Source: Leptolyngbyaceae cyanobacterium
GTDB taxonomy: Bacteria; Cyanobacteriota; Cyanobacteriia; Phormidesmidales; Phormidesmidaceae
Reading direction: 5' to 3'
Assembly: GCA_965263355.1 (NCBI GenBank)
Contig: CBDHHL010000032.1
Span: 3,584,001-3,648,000, forward strand
DNA: 64,000 nt
Every line of letters begins with the position of its first letter. The stretch's first letter is position 1. The position numbers and the translations under genes were made by a program. Positions 38,606-49,921 of this stretch are shown here, one piece after another. The notes under the pieces were generated by a model that saw nothing but the letters and a program-made list of their open reading frames with translations, made no database searches and was not told where the DNA came from.

Positions 38606-40081
38606 TCAAGGAATCCAGACAGGATTGATACCAGCAAAAGGAAGTTCTTGGGGTTCAATTTTTTGCGGTCTTTTGTTTAATCGATCGTCAGACGTCTGGT
38701 AAAGCGGTAGTAACCATAACTTTGCTACTGAGATCGCAATGCCATCGTTCAAAATTACTGATTTATCTGCATCAGCACTAGGCACTGTTTCATCAAATAA
38801 CAGTGCTAATCCATCAGGGGCCAGGCTCATTTGGGCAGAGGGTTGAGGCGCTAATGTAATCAGCGTTTCTACATCGCCAGTTTTCAAATTAATTGCTGAA
38901 ATAGAGGGCTGCACTTGATAGGTGTCGCTATCAAGTAGCTGGCTAGTCAGACAAAATAAAAGTTCATTGGTGGGGTCGAACTGTGCATCTAAGATCGACC
39001 CTGTAACATCGATTAAGGGTTTTTCATCTCCCTGATTTGACACCCAAAATAAAGTCTGGGTGTAGCGCTTTTCCGGGTCATCTTGGTTAAAGCTCACCAT
39101 GGCTGCTGCAGAGCCATTGTGAGCCACATCCATGACCAATCCATACTGGGGCAAAAAATCTAATGTGTCTCCACTCTGTTCATTTTGAGCATCATTCAAT
39201 GCAATGACAGCAGTACCTTGTCCCTGCTGTAGGAGAAGGGACTGGCTATCAGGCGCAATGATAAAGTCTCCACCGGGTTCGGTTTCTAAACGGCGGGGTT
39301 GTTGCCCTTGGATGATAACCCAGGGGCCAAAGTCGGCTGGGTTATCGCGTCCAACCCGCTGCACTACAATAGTTTGCCCATCGGGTGAAAGATCAAATTT
39401 CAGGTTTTGATAGTCGCTATTGTCAACTACCGTTTCAATTTGGCCGCTAGCCGCTTTAGGCCTTGTCCCCAATCCGGTAGTAACGGTATATAGTTGCTGG
39501 TCCTGTTGGCTGCTTTGCCCATTGTCTAAAGCGGCAAACAGAATCCGATCACCCTGATTGTAGGGCTTGTAATCCACAATGCTCCAACCTTTGGGAGTTA
39601 GCGCTGTTTTAGCCTGGTTGCTCAAGTTATAGAGCATCAATCTTCCCTTTTCTTCGCCCTCTACGCCGATATAGGCAAAAGCACGTTCACGGGACTTAAA
39701 GCTAGCTTCAAAGGGCACAAATTTAGCGCCTGGGCCGCTAAATCGATCGCTGGCCTGGGGTAGGCTTACCGTAAACTCGTTGCCATAGGGGGCTGGAAAG
39801 TTAAGGGTATAGGCCATGCGTCGCCCTGCCCAACTGAATCGCCCAGGCAGTGGTGGTTCGATAATCAGATTTTCTTCGACACTAGCCTGGAGCATGGGGC
39901 GGCTAAATGTGAGCAAAAAAGCAGTATCATCCGCGCCCACCTGGCGATCTTTCCAAGAAAAGTTCCTTACTTTTGCAGCGGCAGGACCTCCTAAAAGGAC
40001 CATGCCACCAATAACCACAGCTAGTAGCACCATTAATGCCTGGGCCAGGCGATCAACGGGTTGACGACGGGATTTGGCCAT
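38606..40081 (-). CDS. Membrane-anchored Ig-like (SbsA/Big_5) plus TolB-like beta-propeller protein
   Basis: N-terminal TM helix, 'LTFSRPM...SVEENL.IEPPLPGRFSW', repeated SPDG/APDG motifs. Confidence 0.75.
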   Translation of the reverse strand: MAKSRRQPVDRLAQALMVLLAVVIGGMVLLGGPAAAKVRNFSWKDRQVGADDTAFLLTFSRPMLQASVEENLIIEPPLPGRFSWAGRRMAYTLNFPAPYGNEFTVSLPQASDRFSGPGAKFVPFEASFKSRERAFAYIGVEGEEKGRLMLYNLSNQAKTALTPKGWSIVDYKPYNQGDRILFAALDNGQSSQQDQQLYTVTTGLGTRPKAASGQIETVVDNSDYQNLKFDLSPDGQTIVVQRVGRDNPADFGPWVIIQGQQPRRLETEPGGDFIIAPDSQSLLLQQGQGTAVIALNDAQNEQSGDTLDFLPQYGLVMDVAHNGSAAAMVSFNQDDPEKRYTQTLFWVSNQGDEKPLIDVTGSILDAQFDPTNELLFCLTSQLLDSDTYQVQPSISAINLKTGDVETLITLAPQPSAQMSLAPDGLALLFDETVPSADADKSVILNDGIAISVAKLWLLPLYQTSDDRLNKRPQKIEPQELPFAGINPVWIP

Positions 40082-40086
40082 AGGAA

Positions 40087-40869
40087 CTAATATTCATAAG
40101 GGTTTTTAGGTTCTGGAATGGTTTCGAGGCGAGTGGGCTCAATGGTTAACTGGCGCTGACCATTGATGGTTGCGGTCACCATTTTTCCTTCAACCTGTAA
40201 CCAGCTATCGGGTTCATAGGCCTGGCGCGATACCGCCAACTGTACCGGTAGACCAACGGGGTAAGCATCCGCTGCACAACAGGTTAAAACAAAACGCGAC
40301 AGCATAAGATAGCCTTCAGGCCAGTCCTGGGGATGGATCACAAAACCAGATACGCTAACAGATTGTCCAGTGTAAGCATCGGGTTCTGGATAAACGTTTA
40401 GGGTGCGAATCCAGTCAATAATGGTGCGATCTTCTGAGGATGCTTGGCGGATAAATCGCTGAGGTTGAGATCGCGTTAGGGTTAAACTATCCGATACCCC
40501 ACGTTGGATGGCGGCATCACTAGCAAAGGCTTGGGGTGTATAAATCAGGGATACCACGCCGATGGCTAATAGGATCAAGCTACTAAGCTGGGGGGGGAGG
40601 AGTGTAGTGTGTCCTCCGGACGAGGGTGTTTTGCGTTTGCTTTGAGTGAGTTTAAAAAGGGCCAAACCCAGCAGTACAATTCCTGCTCCATTGGCCAACC
40701 ACATGTAGTCGGGGTGAAGTAGCAAAAATAGCTTGCCAGTCAACCAATAGCGAAAAAATGCTAGACTCCAAGTCGCTAAAACGAGAGCATCCAGTAGCTC
40801 TGGTCGGTACCAGAGAGTGGGATTAACTTTCCTAGGGGATTTGTGCCCACGCTGGCGTTTAGCTGACAT
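40087..40869 (-). CDS. TIGR03943 family (DUF1980/YcgQ-like) permease-associated protein
   Basis: 'LSRFVLTCCAADAYPVG', C-terminal 'PEPKNPYEY'. Confidence 0.88.
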   Translation of the reverse strand: MSAKRQRGHKSPRKVNPTLWYRPELLDALVLATWSLAFFRYWLTGKLFLLLHPDYMWLANGAGIVLLGLALFKLTQSKRKTPSSGGHTTLLPPQLSSLILLAIGVVSLIYTPQAFASDAAIQRGVSDSLTLTRSQPQRFIRQASSEDRTIIDWIRTLNVYPEPDAYTGQSVSVSGFVIHPQDWPEGYLMLSRFVLTCCAADAYPVGLPVQLAVSRQAYEPDSWLQVEGKMVTATINGQRQLTIEPTRLETIPEPKNPYEY

Positions 40870-41860
40870 AGAAGTTTATAAATAACGTCAAGATAAAACA
40901 GAGCTGTGCTGCCAAGACAAAGATGTAAAAGATTACCCTGGGCTTAAACAGCGTTAAGAGCAGACCAATATTTTTCAGGTCAATCATGGGGCCAAAGACT
41001 AAAAAGGCGAGCTGGGCCCCGGTGGTAAATGTGGACGCAAATGATAGGGCAAAAAATGAGTCGACTGTGGAACAAATCGACACCACCGCCGCTAGCAGCA
41101 TCATAGCCAAAATGGATGTAATGAAGTTTTGGCCCAGGGCTAAAATCCAATCTCTGGGTATAGCAACCTGAACAAATGCTGCGATCGCACTTCCCATAAT
41201 CAACACAGCACCTAATTCCCTCATCTCCTGGACCATGTTGTCCAGGGCCAACTGCAGCTTGACCGACCACGGTTTAGCAGGGCCGCTGGTAATCCTTTCT
41301 TGGGTAGCTGGGTCGTCCATCTGTAGGGTGGTGCCATCGGCCTGCATCAGAAACGTCCCTGAGCGCAGTAGGGGGCTAGCGGCTTCAGTGGAGCGAGGTT
41401 TCAGCATCTGGCGTGCCACTACGGGTTGTAATAGAGGCCGCATATCTCGCTGACGACTAAAAATCCAAGCAATCGTGATCGCAATCACTAGGGTAAACCC
41501 TACCCTCAGGAAGACAATTTCCGGCTGGCCCCGAAAGGCGACCCAAGTGGCCCAGAATACGATTGGGTTGATGGTGGGAGCCGCCAATAAAAAACCTACC
41601 GCTACAGAAGAAGGTGCTCCTTGGATGATCAATCGTCTGGCTACAGGTACATTGCCACATTCACACACCGGAAAAAAGACCCCCATCAAGCTACCGGCCA
41701 CAGATCCCAATAGAGGATGTTTCGGTAGTAGTTTAATCAGGGTGCGTTCATTGACAAAAAACAGCAGCAGGCTAGAAAACGCGACACCAATCAGCAGAAA
41801 TGGAATGGCTTCCACTAAAAGGCTAAAGAAAAGCGTCAGGCCATTACTAAATTTCTCCAT
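40859..41860 (-). CDS. Permease, DUF318/YcgR family
   Basis: 'FPVCECGNVPVARRL', 'SICSTVDSF', 'FGPMIDLK'; ATG at 41860. Confidence 0.9.
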   Translation of the reverse strand: MEKFSNGLTLFFSLLVEAIPFLLIGVAFSSLLLFFVNERTLIKLLPKHPLLGSVAGSLMGVFFPVCECGNVPVARRLIIQGAPSSVAVGFLLAAPTINPIVFWATWVAFRGQPEIVFLRVGFTLVIAITIAWIFSRQRDMRPLLQPVVARQMLKPRSTEAASPLLRSGTFLMQADGTTLQMDDPATQERITSGPAKPWSVKLQLALDNMVQEMRELGAVLIMGSAIAAFVQVAIPRDWILALGQNFITSILAMMLLAAVVSICSTVDSFFALSFASTFTTGAQLAFLVFGPMIDLKNIGLLLTLFKPRVIFYIFVLAAQLCFILTLFINFYVS

Positions 41861-41980
41861 GGGCAGGGTATGGATACCGTTGGGGCTCCTAGAGGTGGCC
41901 AATGATGAGTTGGCCAATCATTTTACAGGAAATAGATTCTATCGCTTCAGAATTTATTTATGGGCGCGTTAGATAGCGAT

Positions 41981-42691
41981 TTACCACAGCGCAATTTGAC
42001 TGATGCTAATTTTGCCAGAAAAGCAAACATCAACATCAGCATTGGCATCTCGTCGCCGATCTTGATAGTCGCCTGTGTAGCAAAATTTTCCTCCTTCTAG
42101 ACTGGAGGGTGTAGGTAGTGGCTGGGTACACACTGGGCAAAAAACGATGTCGGGTTCAGGGTGATTCGGGGCCACAGACGGTAAATTGACATTCCAAAAC
42201 TGGCCTGATGCTAACGGCTGCTCCATCAAAACGTCGAGTACACGGGCTGTACGACGAGCGGCCACCTCCCAATCAATGGAGGCATTGCGAGCCTTGTAAT
42301 GGGAGATGGCAATGGCAGGAATCCTTAGCAGGGTTGCTTCTCGGGCAGCGGCTACGGTGCCAGAAACATAAATATCAGCCCCCAAATTACCGCCATTATT
42401 AATACCCGATAGCAACCAACCCAGTTGTGGATATAGATGATGGGCTACACGGGTGCAGTCCGCAGGTGTGCCACCGATGGCGTATCGTTGCTCAGCTTGC
42501 TGTTCGACCGTGATAAGGCCGCCGCGATTGATCTGGTGGCTACAGCCAGAGAGGGGTTGGTCGGGGGCAACAATGCCGATAGCTTGAGTGGGAGCGCGAT
42601 TCAAGCTAGCGATTGCCTGATGCAATGCTTGAATGCCAGGAGCATTGATGCCATCGTCATTGGTTAAAGCAATTGTGGTAGAGCTAATCAC
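41981..42691 (-). CDS. surE: 5'/3'-nucleotidase SurE
   Basis: 'LTNDDGINAPG', 'GTPADC', 'SGINNGGNLG...YVSGTVAAAREA'. Confidence 0.93.
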   Translation of the reverse strand: MISSTTIALTNDDGINAPGIQALHQAIASLNRAPTQAIGIVAPDQPLSGCSHQINRGGLITVEQQAEQRYAIGGTPADCTRVAHHLYPQLGWLLSGINNGGNLGADIYVSGTVAAAREATLLRIPAIAISHYKARNASIDWEVAARRTARVLDVLMEQPLASGQFWNVNLPSVAPNHPEPDIVFCPVCTQPLPTPSSLEGGKFCYTGDYQDRRRDANADVDVCFSGKISISQIALW

Positions 42692-42703
42692 AAGTAGGGC
42701 TAA

Positions 42704-43561
42704 TCACAGAAACACCTCACCCGAAAATACCAAAACTGCAGGACCTGTCATATATACGTGATTGTCAGCAGTGGACCATTCGATTTGCAGGGGGCCGCCT
42801 GGCAGTTCAACCGTAGCTTTGCGATCGCATTTACCATTAAGCACCGCCGCCACTAATGATGCACAGGCCCCAGTGCCACAGGCAAGCGTTGCGCCAGCCC
42901 CCCGTTCCCACACCTGCATTTTGAGATAGTCAGGCCGAACCACCTGAATAAATTCAGTGTTAGTGCGTTGAGGAAATACCCCGTGGTGCTCAAATAAGGG
43001 GCCGATCTGGGCCAGAGGTAAGGTGTCAGTATTCTCTACAAAGGTGATGCAGTGAGGATTCCCCATGCTGACACAGGTCACCTGATAAACTTGGCCCGCT
43101 ACCGTCAGAGACTGGTCAATAACGCGATCGTTATCTGTAGTCAACGTGGTGGGAATGTCCTTGGCTAACAGGTGCGGTTTACCCATGTCAACTGTAATCT
43201 GACCGTTGAGTTGTAGGGTGGAGACAATCGGCCCAGCTAACGTGTGAATAGTATAACTGTGAGGGGCTTGTAGGGGATGATTGGTGGCAATAGACAGGTC
43301 TTCTAAGTACTTTGCCAGACAGCGAATACCATTGCCGCACATCTCGGGTTCTGACCCATCAGAGTTAAAGATGCGCATGGTGTAGTCAGCCCCATGCGCA
43401 CCGGGTAAGGCAAAAATAACGCCATCAGCCCCGATACCAAAGTTGCGATCGCAAAGCTCAATAGCCTGGGCAGATGTTAACACTGGTGATGATTGGTGAC
43501 GATTATCCATCAGAATGAAATCGTTACCAAGACCGTGATACTTGCTAAAGGGAAGCCCCAT
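42704..43561 (-). CDS. dapF: Diaminopimelate epimerase
   Basis: 'KYHGLGNDF', 'EMCGNGIRC', 'MGNPH', '[13 protein letters not shown]'. Confidence 0.97.
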   Translation of the reverse strand: MGLPFSKYHGLGNDFILMDNRHQSSPVLTSAQAIELCDRNFGIGADGVIFALPGAHGADYTMRIFNSDGSEPEMCGNGIRCLAKYLEDLSIATNHPLQAPHSYTIHTLAGPIVSTLQLNGQITVDMGKPHLLAKDIPTTLTTDNDRVIDQSLTVAGQVYQVTCVSMGNPHCITFVENTDTLPLAQIGPLFEHHGVFPQRTNTEFIQVVRPDYLKMQVWERGAGATLACGTGACASLVAAVLNGKCDRKATVELPGGPLQIEWSTADNHVYMTGPAVLVFSGEVFL

Positions 43562-43667
43562 GATGTTTAGCCGTCAACAGAGATTTGGAAAGCATGCGTC
43601 AATAGCTTACCGGAAGTAGTATAGACCGGGTACGTTATTACTGTTTCATCGTTTATCCACGACTGCT

Positions 43668-43880
43668 ATGGCTACCGAATTTGATACAGGTTTACCCAGC
43701 ATTCGCCAAATACAAACGCTAATTCGCGAACAGCAAACTGTTGAGATGAAGCTACTGACCGGTGATGTGTTTAATGGCAGTGTTGTTTGGCAGGATGTTC
43801 AGGCAATTTGTCTGAGTATTGACGGCCAAACAATGCTGGTTATGCGTGCAGCAGTGGCTTACATCAAGATCATAGGTTAG
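43668..43880 (+). CDS. hfq: Cyanobacterial Hfq RNA chaperone homologue
   Basis: 'EFDTGLPSIRQIQTLI...EMKLLTGD...WQD...AVAYI'; divergent from dapF. Confidence 0.9.
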   Translation: MATEFDTGLPSIRQIQTLIREQQTVEMKLLTGDVFNGSVVWQDVQAICLSIDGQTMLVMRAAVAYIKIIG

Positions 43881-43917
43881 TTGGGGCGCACAATTGCAGA
43901 TCATTGAATGCATATAG

Positions 43918-43948
43918 AACGAAGTCCTACAAGGGACTTCGTTTTTTA
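43918..43948 (+). terminator. Rho-independent terminator after hfq
   Basis: AACGAAGTCC...GGACTTCGTT followed by T-run. Confidence 0.8.
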
Positions 43949-44467
43949 TTTTTATCAGTATCTATTTCGTTTTTGATATGGTAATGGTTTACCTGGATTG
44001 CTATTAAACAATTCTTTGAAAAGAGTAGGGGTGATATTTATTTCTTTTTTGAGGTTATCTAAACGCAGACTTTTAGATTTATTGGTTGATTTTAGTTGAT
44101 GTGTTATTCGTGGTTTTATGCAGTTGATGTGTTTGCTAAGGCACCTCCGGGCACAATAAAGCCAACACAATCCTGAGGGGCGATTTTGTGATGCCTGATA
44201 AGGGTTGTAGTTGCTGATAACGCAAATATCTTAATCAATTAATTAGGACGTTTGTCGGTTCCATTTTTACTATGTTTTATGGTTTCTAGAACTCTCTTGA
44301 ACCAAAGCAATGGAACTAGCGCAAAGCCATTTTCTCAATTGTAAATATGGTGTTTATTGACTATATTTGCCAGGTCGGAGAACGGTTAGCAGGTGCTAAT
44401 GTGCATGACAGCCTTCAGCAACATATAAAACTGTTTACAGAGATATGCAACGGAGCCATTTGACAGG

Positions 44468-45013
44468 ATGAGCAGTATTGAGAAAATTGTTGAGCAAGCG
44501 TTGCAGGATGGTTATTTAACCCCTGCCATGGAAGCGGAAGTGGGTCGCATTTGTGATACCGCATCGGAGCTTTCTATTGAAGAATATATGGCCCTTGATC
44601 GACTCATGGGGTCGCTTTTAACTGGCGAGGTTGTGGCTGTTCCACGCAAGCAGTTTATCAATGTAATGGAGGAGCTAGTACTCACAGAAGCCATTGCTCG
44701 TGTTGCTGAAATTGAGGCGAGCAATGACTGTAGTCTTGATCTAGGGGATATTGCAGCCTATGCGCTGAATCGACTACCTCCCCTCTATGCCACCACTGAA
44801 GAAGGGGCCACCTATCAGCGAAATAAGGCCCATGAAGCGCTATCTGACATGGTTGCTGACCAGGTTAAGGATGCGATCGCAAATAACTTGGATCGTCCTG
44901 ACTTCTTCCCCGAACGTGAAGGAATTAAGCGCTCTAGTGATGGTTTCTTAGGCCAGATGAATGAACTCCTCAAGGACTATGCCCATAAGTTTGAGCCTGT
45001 TCAAGCTGCTTAG
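44468..45013 (+). CDS. ComFB family protein (CdgR-like cyclic-dinucleotide receptor)
   Basis: ComFB motif 'NVMEELV...DIAAYALNRLPPLYATTEEG'. Confidence 0.85.
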   Translation: MSSIEKIVEQALQDGYLTPAMEAEVGRICDTASELSIEEYMALDRLMGSLLTGEVVAVPRKQFINVMEELVLTEAIARVAEIEASNDCSLDLGDIAAYALNRLPPLYATTEEGATYQRNKAHEALSDMVADQVKDAIANNLDRPDFFPEREGIKRSSDGFLGQMNELLKDYAHKFEPVQAA

Positions 45014-45230
45014 GTCCTGACATAAGGGGACGCTAGGACGTCAGAGATACAAAACGTAGAACATCTAAAAACGCAAAGCAAACGCGTCGTTATACCTAGC
45101 GGCGCTTTTTTATAGAAAAAACATTGTCTACATCCAGAACGGTCGTTTTTCCGTAGAAGAATCTGAGGTTTTCAACTTTGACTTGGTTTAGAAATATTTC
45201 AGGGAAGTATGCTCCCACAGACTTTAGACT

Positions 45231-46820
45231 TTATAGAGGGCGATAGACCCGATAGTCGATGCTGGGAAAGATATTGTCAATTTCCTCTACTTTTTCTAGC
45301 CAACCCGAGTCAACTTTGCCTGCTGTAATATCTTCCCGCAGCTTTTCAAACCTTAGTAAATGGGAGCGGGTACGGCGCACTGCATAGGGCACCATCGTAC
45401 CGGTGCGCATAATAAAGGCCCAGTCTGAGGATTGGGCTAACAGCAATTCCCTTGCAGCCTGATTAAGGGCACGCTCCTCAAGGTTGTCAGCCGGTTCATG
45501 GCAAGCCAGCTCAATCATCCGTTCCGCAGCTTTGTGCAGATGAGGATAAATCCAGGCGTTGGTTTCATTTAACCAGTATTCATGGAAGCCCTGATAGCCC
45601 CAGCTTGATTGGGATGGACGGCATACCTGTTGAGTTGGATGACCACGAAGGTAGTCGGTCAGATGGGTCATTTCGTAAGTGTCTTGGTCGTACCAAGTCT
45701 TACGAAAGAGATAGTCAATAAACCATGGTCCTTCGTACCACCAATGCCCAAAAAGCTCTGCATCATAAGGCGCAATCACAATAGGTTTGCGCTGCATTAT
45801 GCTGTTGAGGTGAGCAATTTGCTGACCCCGGTTGAACATGAAATTACCTGCGTGTTCCGCCGCCTTTTCACGGGCCCAATAGGGGTCATACCAGTCTTTA
45901 TCAGATAGTCCCAAATTTTTGCCCGTGATTTTGTGATACTTGATGCCTACATTTTTCCGCTGACCGTTGGGCATAATATACGGCTTAATATAGTCATACT
46001 CTGCATCCCAACCCAGGTCACGATAGAACTCGCGGTATTCTGATGCGCCTGGGTAGCCTACTTTAGAAGACCAGACTTGCTGAGAGGACTCATGGTCACG
46101 TCCAAAAGCGGCGACACCTGTTTCCGTATAGATGGGGGCATAGGCTCCAAAGCGAGGTCGGGGACGAGCATAGAGAATGCCGTGACCATCGGTCAGGAAG
46201 TACCGTAAGCCAACATCGGCCACCATCCGTTCAAGGCCTTCATAGTAAGCGCATTCCGGTAGCCAAATGCCAGTGGGAGGGTGACCAAAGTTTTCTTCAT
46301 GGCTTTCTACGGCTACTTTAAGCTGGGCCCAAACCGCCTCAGGATACATTTTCATCAGCGGCAGATAGCCGTGGGTAGCGCCGCAGGTGACAATGTCTAA
46401 ATTATTGCTATCGACATACTGCTTGAAGGCAACAATCAAGTCTCCCTTGTGGTCTTCCCACACCTGGCGGGTACGATTAAATTCGTTGGCATAGTACTCT
46501 GCTAGATATTTGAGATGACCGGTATGTTGATTCCGTTCAATTTCGTTTTCAGCCAGATCCTCTAGGTTGGTTAGGTGTTCGTCGTAGCGTTCCTGTAGCA
46601 GAGGGTCTTTAAGCATTGACACCAGAGGCGGCGTCATACTCATGGTCATTTTGAAATCAATGCCGTCTCGTTTAAGGCCATCAAATATGCTCAAAAGCGG
46701 AATATAGGTTTCGGTGATTGCCTCAAACAGCCACTCTTCTTCTAAAACAAAATCACTCTCTGGATGCCGAACGAAGGGTAAGTGTGCGTGAAGAACTAGA
46801 GCAAGATATCCGAGAGACAT
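45231..46820 (-). CDS. Glycoside hydrolase family 57 (branching-enzyme type, DUF1957 C-terminus)
   Basis: 'LVLHAHLPFVRH', 'GIWLPECAY', 'PYDAELFGHWWYEG', 'LLAQSSDWAF'. Confidence 0.93.
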   Translation of the reverse strand: MSLGYLALVLHAHLPFVRHPESDFVLEEEWLFEAITETYIPLLSIFDGLKRDGIDFKMTMSMTPPLVSMLKDPLLQERYDEHLTNLEDLAENEIERNQHTGHLKYLAEYYANEFNRTRQVWEDHKGDLIVAFKQYVDSNNLDIVTCGATHGYLPLMKMYPEAVWAQLKVAVESHEENFGHPPTGIWLPECAYYEGLERMVADVGLRYFLTDGHGILYARPRPRFGAYAPIYTETGVAAFGRDHESSQQVWSSKVGYPGASEYREFYRDLGWDAEYDYIKPYIMPNGQRKNVGIKYHKITGKNLGLSDKDWYDPYWAREKAAEHAGNFMFNRGQQIAHLNSIMQRKPIVIAPYDAELFGHWWYEGPWFIDYLFRKTWYDQDTYEMTHLTDYLRGHPTQQVCRPSQSSWGYQGFHEYWLNETNAWIYPHLHKAAERMIELACHEPADNLEERALNQAARELLLAQSSDWAFIMRTGTMVPYAVRRTRSHLLRFEKLREDITAGKVDSGWLEKVEEIDNIFPSIDYRVYRPL

Positions 46821-47190
46821 AGGCAACCTTATTAATGAAACGTGAGATATTCTAGAGAGTTACTAAGCTAATCTGGACGCCTCATTCACAGACGGACAAG
46901 GCCGGCTAGTCAGAGTCTGTGGACGCGACCTGTTTAAGTTGCTGAAATCCTCTTTAGAAAAGGCCTATGGATAACTGGTGATGGCAGTAATATCAGCGAC
47001 TCACATCAAATCTCTATAGGAGTTTAAGCATCTTCTGCGCGTGATAGAGCGGATGAACTGAACTGATGCAGGCAGCGTTTTTGCTTCTATATTTGGGCTT
47101 TACTGTAATCCTGAGATGGGAAATGCTGCAGTAACAGTTATGTCTTTTTGTAAATGAAGACCTTGACTATTGATGCTAGCAGCTATCTGT

Positions 47191-48261
47191 TCAATTTTTT
47201 AAGTCGCTTAACTGCTGTTCTAATGCGGCTACCTGTTTTTTTAGCTGTTTTAGGGTGCGATGCATCTCGGGCAGGCGATTATAAATAGCGGATGATTTTA
47301 GATAGGTCTGGTAATGACTGGCAGGTGTGCCCATCATGATGCTGCCGGGGGGAACATTGCTATGCAGGCCAGCTTTAGATCCGGCTTGGGCTCCCTTACC
47401 AATCTTGGCGTTGTTGGCCACACCCACTTGACCACCAAGCACAACCAGGGCTTCCAGTTCTACCCCCCCTGCCAGGCCTACTTGGGCGGCTAAGACACAG
47501 TTGTCAGCCAACTGACAGTTATGGGCCACATGAACTAGATTGTCGAGTTTGCTATTGTGGCCAATGCGAGTTTCCCCCACCGCTGGTCGATCGATCGCTG
47601 CGTTACACCCAACTTCGACATGATCTTCGAGGATGACGATGCCAGACTGGTGCATTTTTTCCCAACCTTGAGCAGTGGGGACAAAGCCAAAGCCTTCAGA
47701 GCCAATAACAGCACCAGCATGGATGATGCAGTGGTTGCCGATTTGAGCCCGTTCATGGATGACACAGCTGGCATGGAGAGTTGTATCGTTGCCTATCTGG
47801 GCAGCGGGGTACACCACTACCTGGGGATGAATGCAAACGTTGTCGCCGATGGTGGCACCAGCATGGATTACGACATAAGGGCCAATGGCGACGTTGTTGC
47901 CAATCGTGGCGGTGGAGTCAAGAATGGCGGTTGGATGTATACCAGGGGCAAGTTTGAAAGGCTGATAGAAAAGTGAGATTGCCCGAGCAAACCCCAATCT
48001 GGGTGTTTGGGTGCTGACCCAAGCAATTCCTCGCTCTGTGGCCTGGACTTGCAGTGACTCATCCACTGGCAAAATTAGGGCAGCATTAGCGGTCTGCTCA
48101 ATATAAGGGGCAAACTTTTGACCTTCAATATAGCTGATGGTATCTGGTTGAGAGATTTGCACGGCGCTGACGCCAGTAATTTCTGGGTCAAGCTCTGGTT
48201 GCGACTCCAGGCTGGATGCCTCAGCAATGCCTAACTGCTCTACGATTTCGCTAAATCTCAT
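47191..48261 (-). CDS. lpxD: UDP-3-O-(3-hydroxymyristoyl)glucosamine N-acyltransferase
   Basis: Hexapeptide repeats, 'IGSEGFGF', 'KLDNLVHVAHN'. Confidence 0.95.
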   Translation of the reverse strand: MRFSEIVEQLGIAEASSLESQPELDPEITGVSAVQISQPDTISYIEGQKFAPYIEQTANAALILPVDESLQVQATERGIAWVSTQTPRLGFARAISLFYQPFKLAPGIHPTAILDSTATIGNNVAIGPYVVIHAGATIGDNVCIHPQVVVYPAAQIGNDTTLHASCVIHERAQIGNHCIIHAGAVIGSEGFGFVPTAQGWEKMHQSGIVILEDHVEVGCNAAIDRPAVGETRIGHNSKLDNLVHVAHNCQLADNCVLAAQVGLAGGVELEALVVLGGQVGVANNAKIGKGAQAGSKAGLHSNVPPGSIMMGTPASHYQTYLKSSAIYNRLPEMHRTLKQLKKQVAALEQQLSDLKN

Positions 48262-48297
48262 GGGGGCTATGCTCACTGATGTCTCAGCGTCAGGCTA

Positions 48298-49686
48298 TCA
48301 AAAAATTGTCTGCTCCAAAAAAGCAACACATTCCACGTGGGCGGTTTGGGGAAAGAAATCAGCGGGCTGGATCATGGTTAAGGTATATCCTTGGTTGCTT
48401 AGCAGCTTCAAATCTCGGGCCAAGGTGGCTGGGTTACAGCTCATATAAACGATTTTGGCTGGGGCAATTTCTAGTAGAGCCTCTAATACGGTGCGATCGC
48501 AACCCTTGCGAGGTGGGTCCAACATTACCACATCAATAGGACTAGACTGCTGAGCGCTAATCTCCAGGAGCAAATTTTCGACAACCCCGGCAAAAAAATC
48601 CGTATTTTTCAGTCCATTCAATGCCGCATTTTGTCGAGCCTGGGCTACTGATTCTGTCTGCACCTCAATCCCCACACAGCGAGCAGCCCTTTGTGCTAGA
48701 GGCAATGACAGTGTGCCAATGCCGCAATAGGCATCAATAACGGTTTCATTACCTTGTAAATCTAGCTGCTCCAATACAACTTTCACCAGAGCCTCTGCTT
48801 GGGCTGTGTTGACCTGAAAGAACGTCGTGGGTTGAATACGTAATCGTAGACCCAGAAATAGTTCTTCCAAATACAATTGACCTGCCAGACAGCGAGTCTC
48901 GTCGCCAAATAGCTTATTGGTTTTTTCTGGATTGATATTCAGACAGACACCCACCAAATTTGAATGCGCCGCTAACCACTGTTCAGCCTGTTCCTTGACC
49001 TCTGGTAGATAGCTAGTGGTGACTAGCGTCAGTAATGCTTGCCCTGTATGTTGTCCTACTCGCAGTGCCAAATGGCGTAATCGACCCTGGTGTTTATTCT
49101 CGTTATACAGGCTCCAGCCCCTTGTCCCAATCGCTGCCTTGGCATCTACCAACAGTGGGTTAAGGCTCTCATGTTGAATGGGACACTGGTTTAAATTGAC
49201 AATCTGATGAGTACCCTGGCGATAGTACCCAGCTTTGACTTTGCCTCCATTGCCCCGTGCTAATGGATAGGTGACTTTGTTGCGATAGCCCAGGGGCTGT
49301 GGCGCACCCAAAATTGGCTGCATGGGGACCGTCGCAAACCCCCCAATGCGTTCCAACGTAGACCGGACCTGATGTTCTTTGGCCTGTAATTGCCGTGGAT
49401 AGGTAACCGCCTGCCACTGACAGCCCCCACATTTGTCAGCCACAATACAAGTAGGGCGTACTCGATGGGGCGATGGCTCTAGAATTTGTAGTGATTTACC
49501 GTAGCCATAGGTGGGTTTGACCCGTGTCAGACGTACTTGTAGTCGATCGCCAGGTACTGCATTGGCTACAAATACAACTCGATCCTGCCAGCGGCCTACG
49601 CCATCACCACTATTGCTGAGTTCATCAACGGTCAGGTCAAGTACCTGTCCCTGTTGCCATTGAGACGCATTTGCTAATGAAGTCAT
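48298..49686 (-). CDS. rlmD: 23S rRNA (uracil-C5)-methyltransferase
   Basis: TRAM domain, 'CGGCQWQ', 'FFQVN', 'DAYCGIG', 'DPPRKG', 'YMSCNPATLARD', 'FFPQTAHVE'. Confidence 0.93.
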   Translation of the reverse strand: MTSLANASQWQQGQVLDLTVDELSNSGDGVGRWQDRVVFVANAVPGDRLQVRLTRVKPTYGYGKSLQILEPSPHRVRPTCIVADKCGGCQWQAVTYPRQLQAKEHQVRSTLERIGGFATVPMQPILGAPQPLGYRNKVTYPLARGNGGKVKAGYYRQGTHQIVNLNQCPIQHESLNPLLVDAKAAIGTRGWSLYNENKHQGRLRHLALRVGQHTGQALLTLVTTSYLPEVKEQAEQWLAAHSNLVGVCLNINPEKTNKLFGDETRCLAGQLYLEELFLGLRLRIQPTTFFQVNTAQAEALVKVVLEQLDLQGNETVIDAYCGIGTLSLPLAQRAARCVGIEVQTESVAQARQNAALNGLKNTDFFAGVVENLLLEISAQQSSPIDVVMLDPPRKGCDRTVLEALLEIAPAKIVYMSCNPATLARDLKLLSNQGYTLTMIQPADFFPQTAHVECVAFLEQTIF

Positions 49687-49921
49687 AGTGCTGTTGGCGT
49701 AATAGGGGTCTTATATTCTATGGCAAGCGACAAAAACCGTGACATCTGTGGCCAGAATGGATGGTTCGTAAACTCTCTTAACATCACTCTCAGGCTAGAG
49801 AACACGAACAGTTATCCTTTATAAGGACAAAGATCCTTTGAACCAGGGCAAAATGATTCTTTCTTGTATGCCCTAGAGTCGTTACACTGTAGTTATTACG
49901 AGTCACCGCATTCACTAAGCT

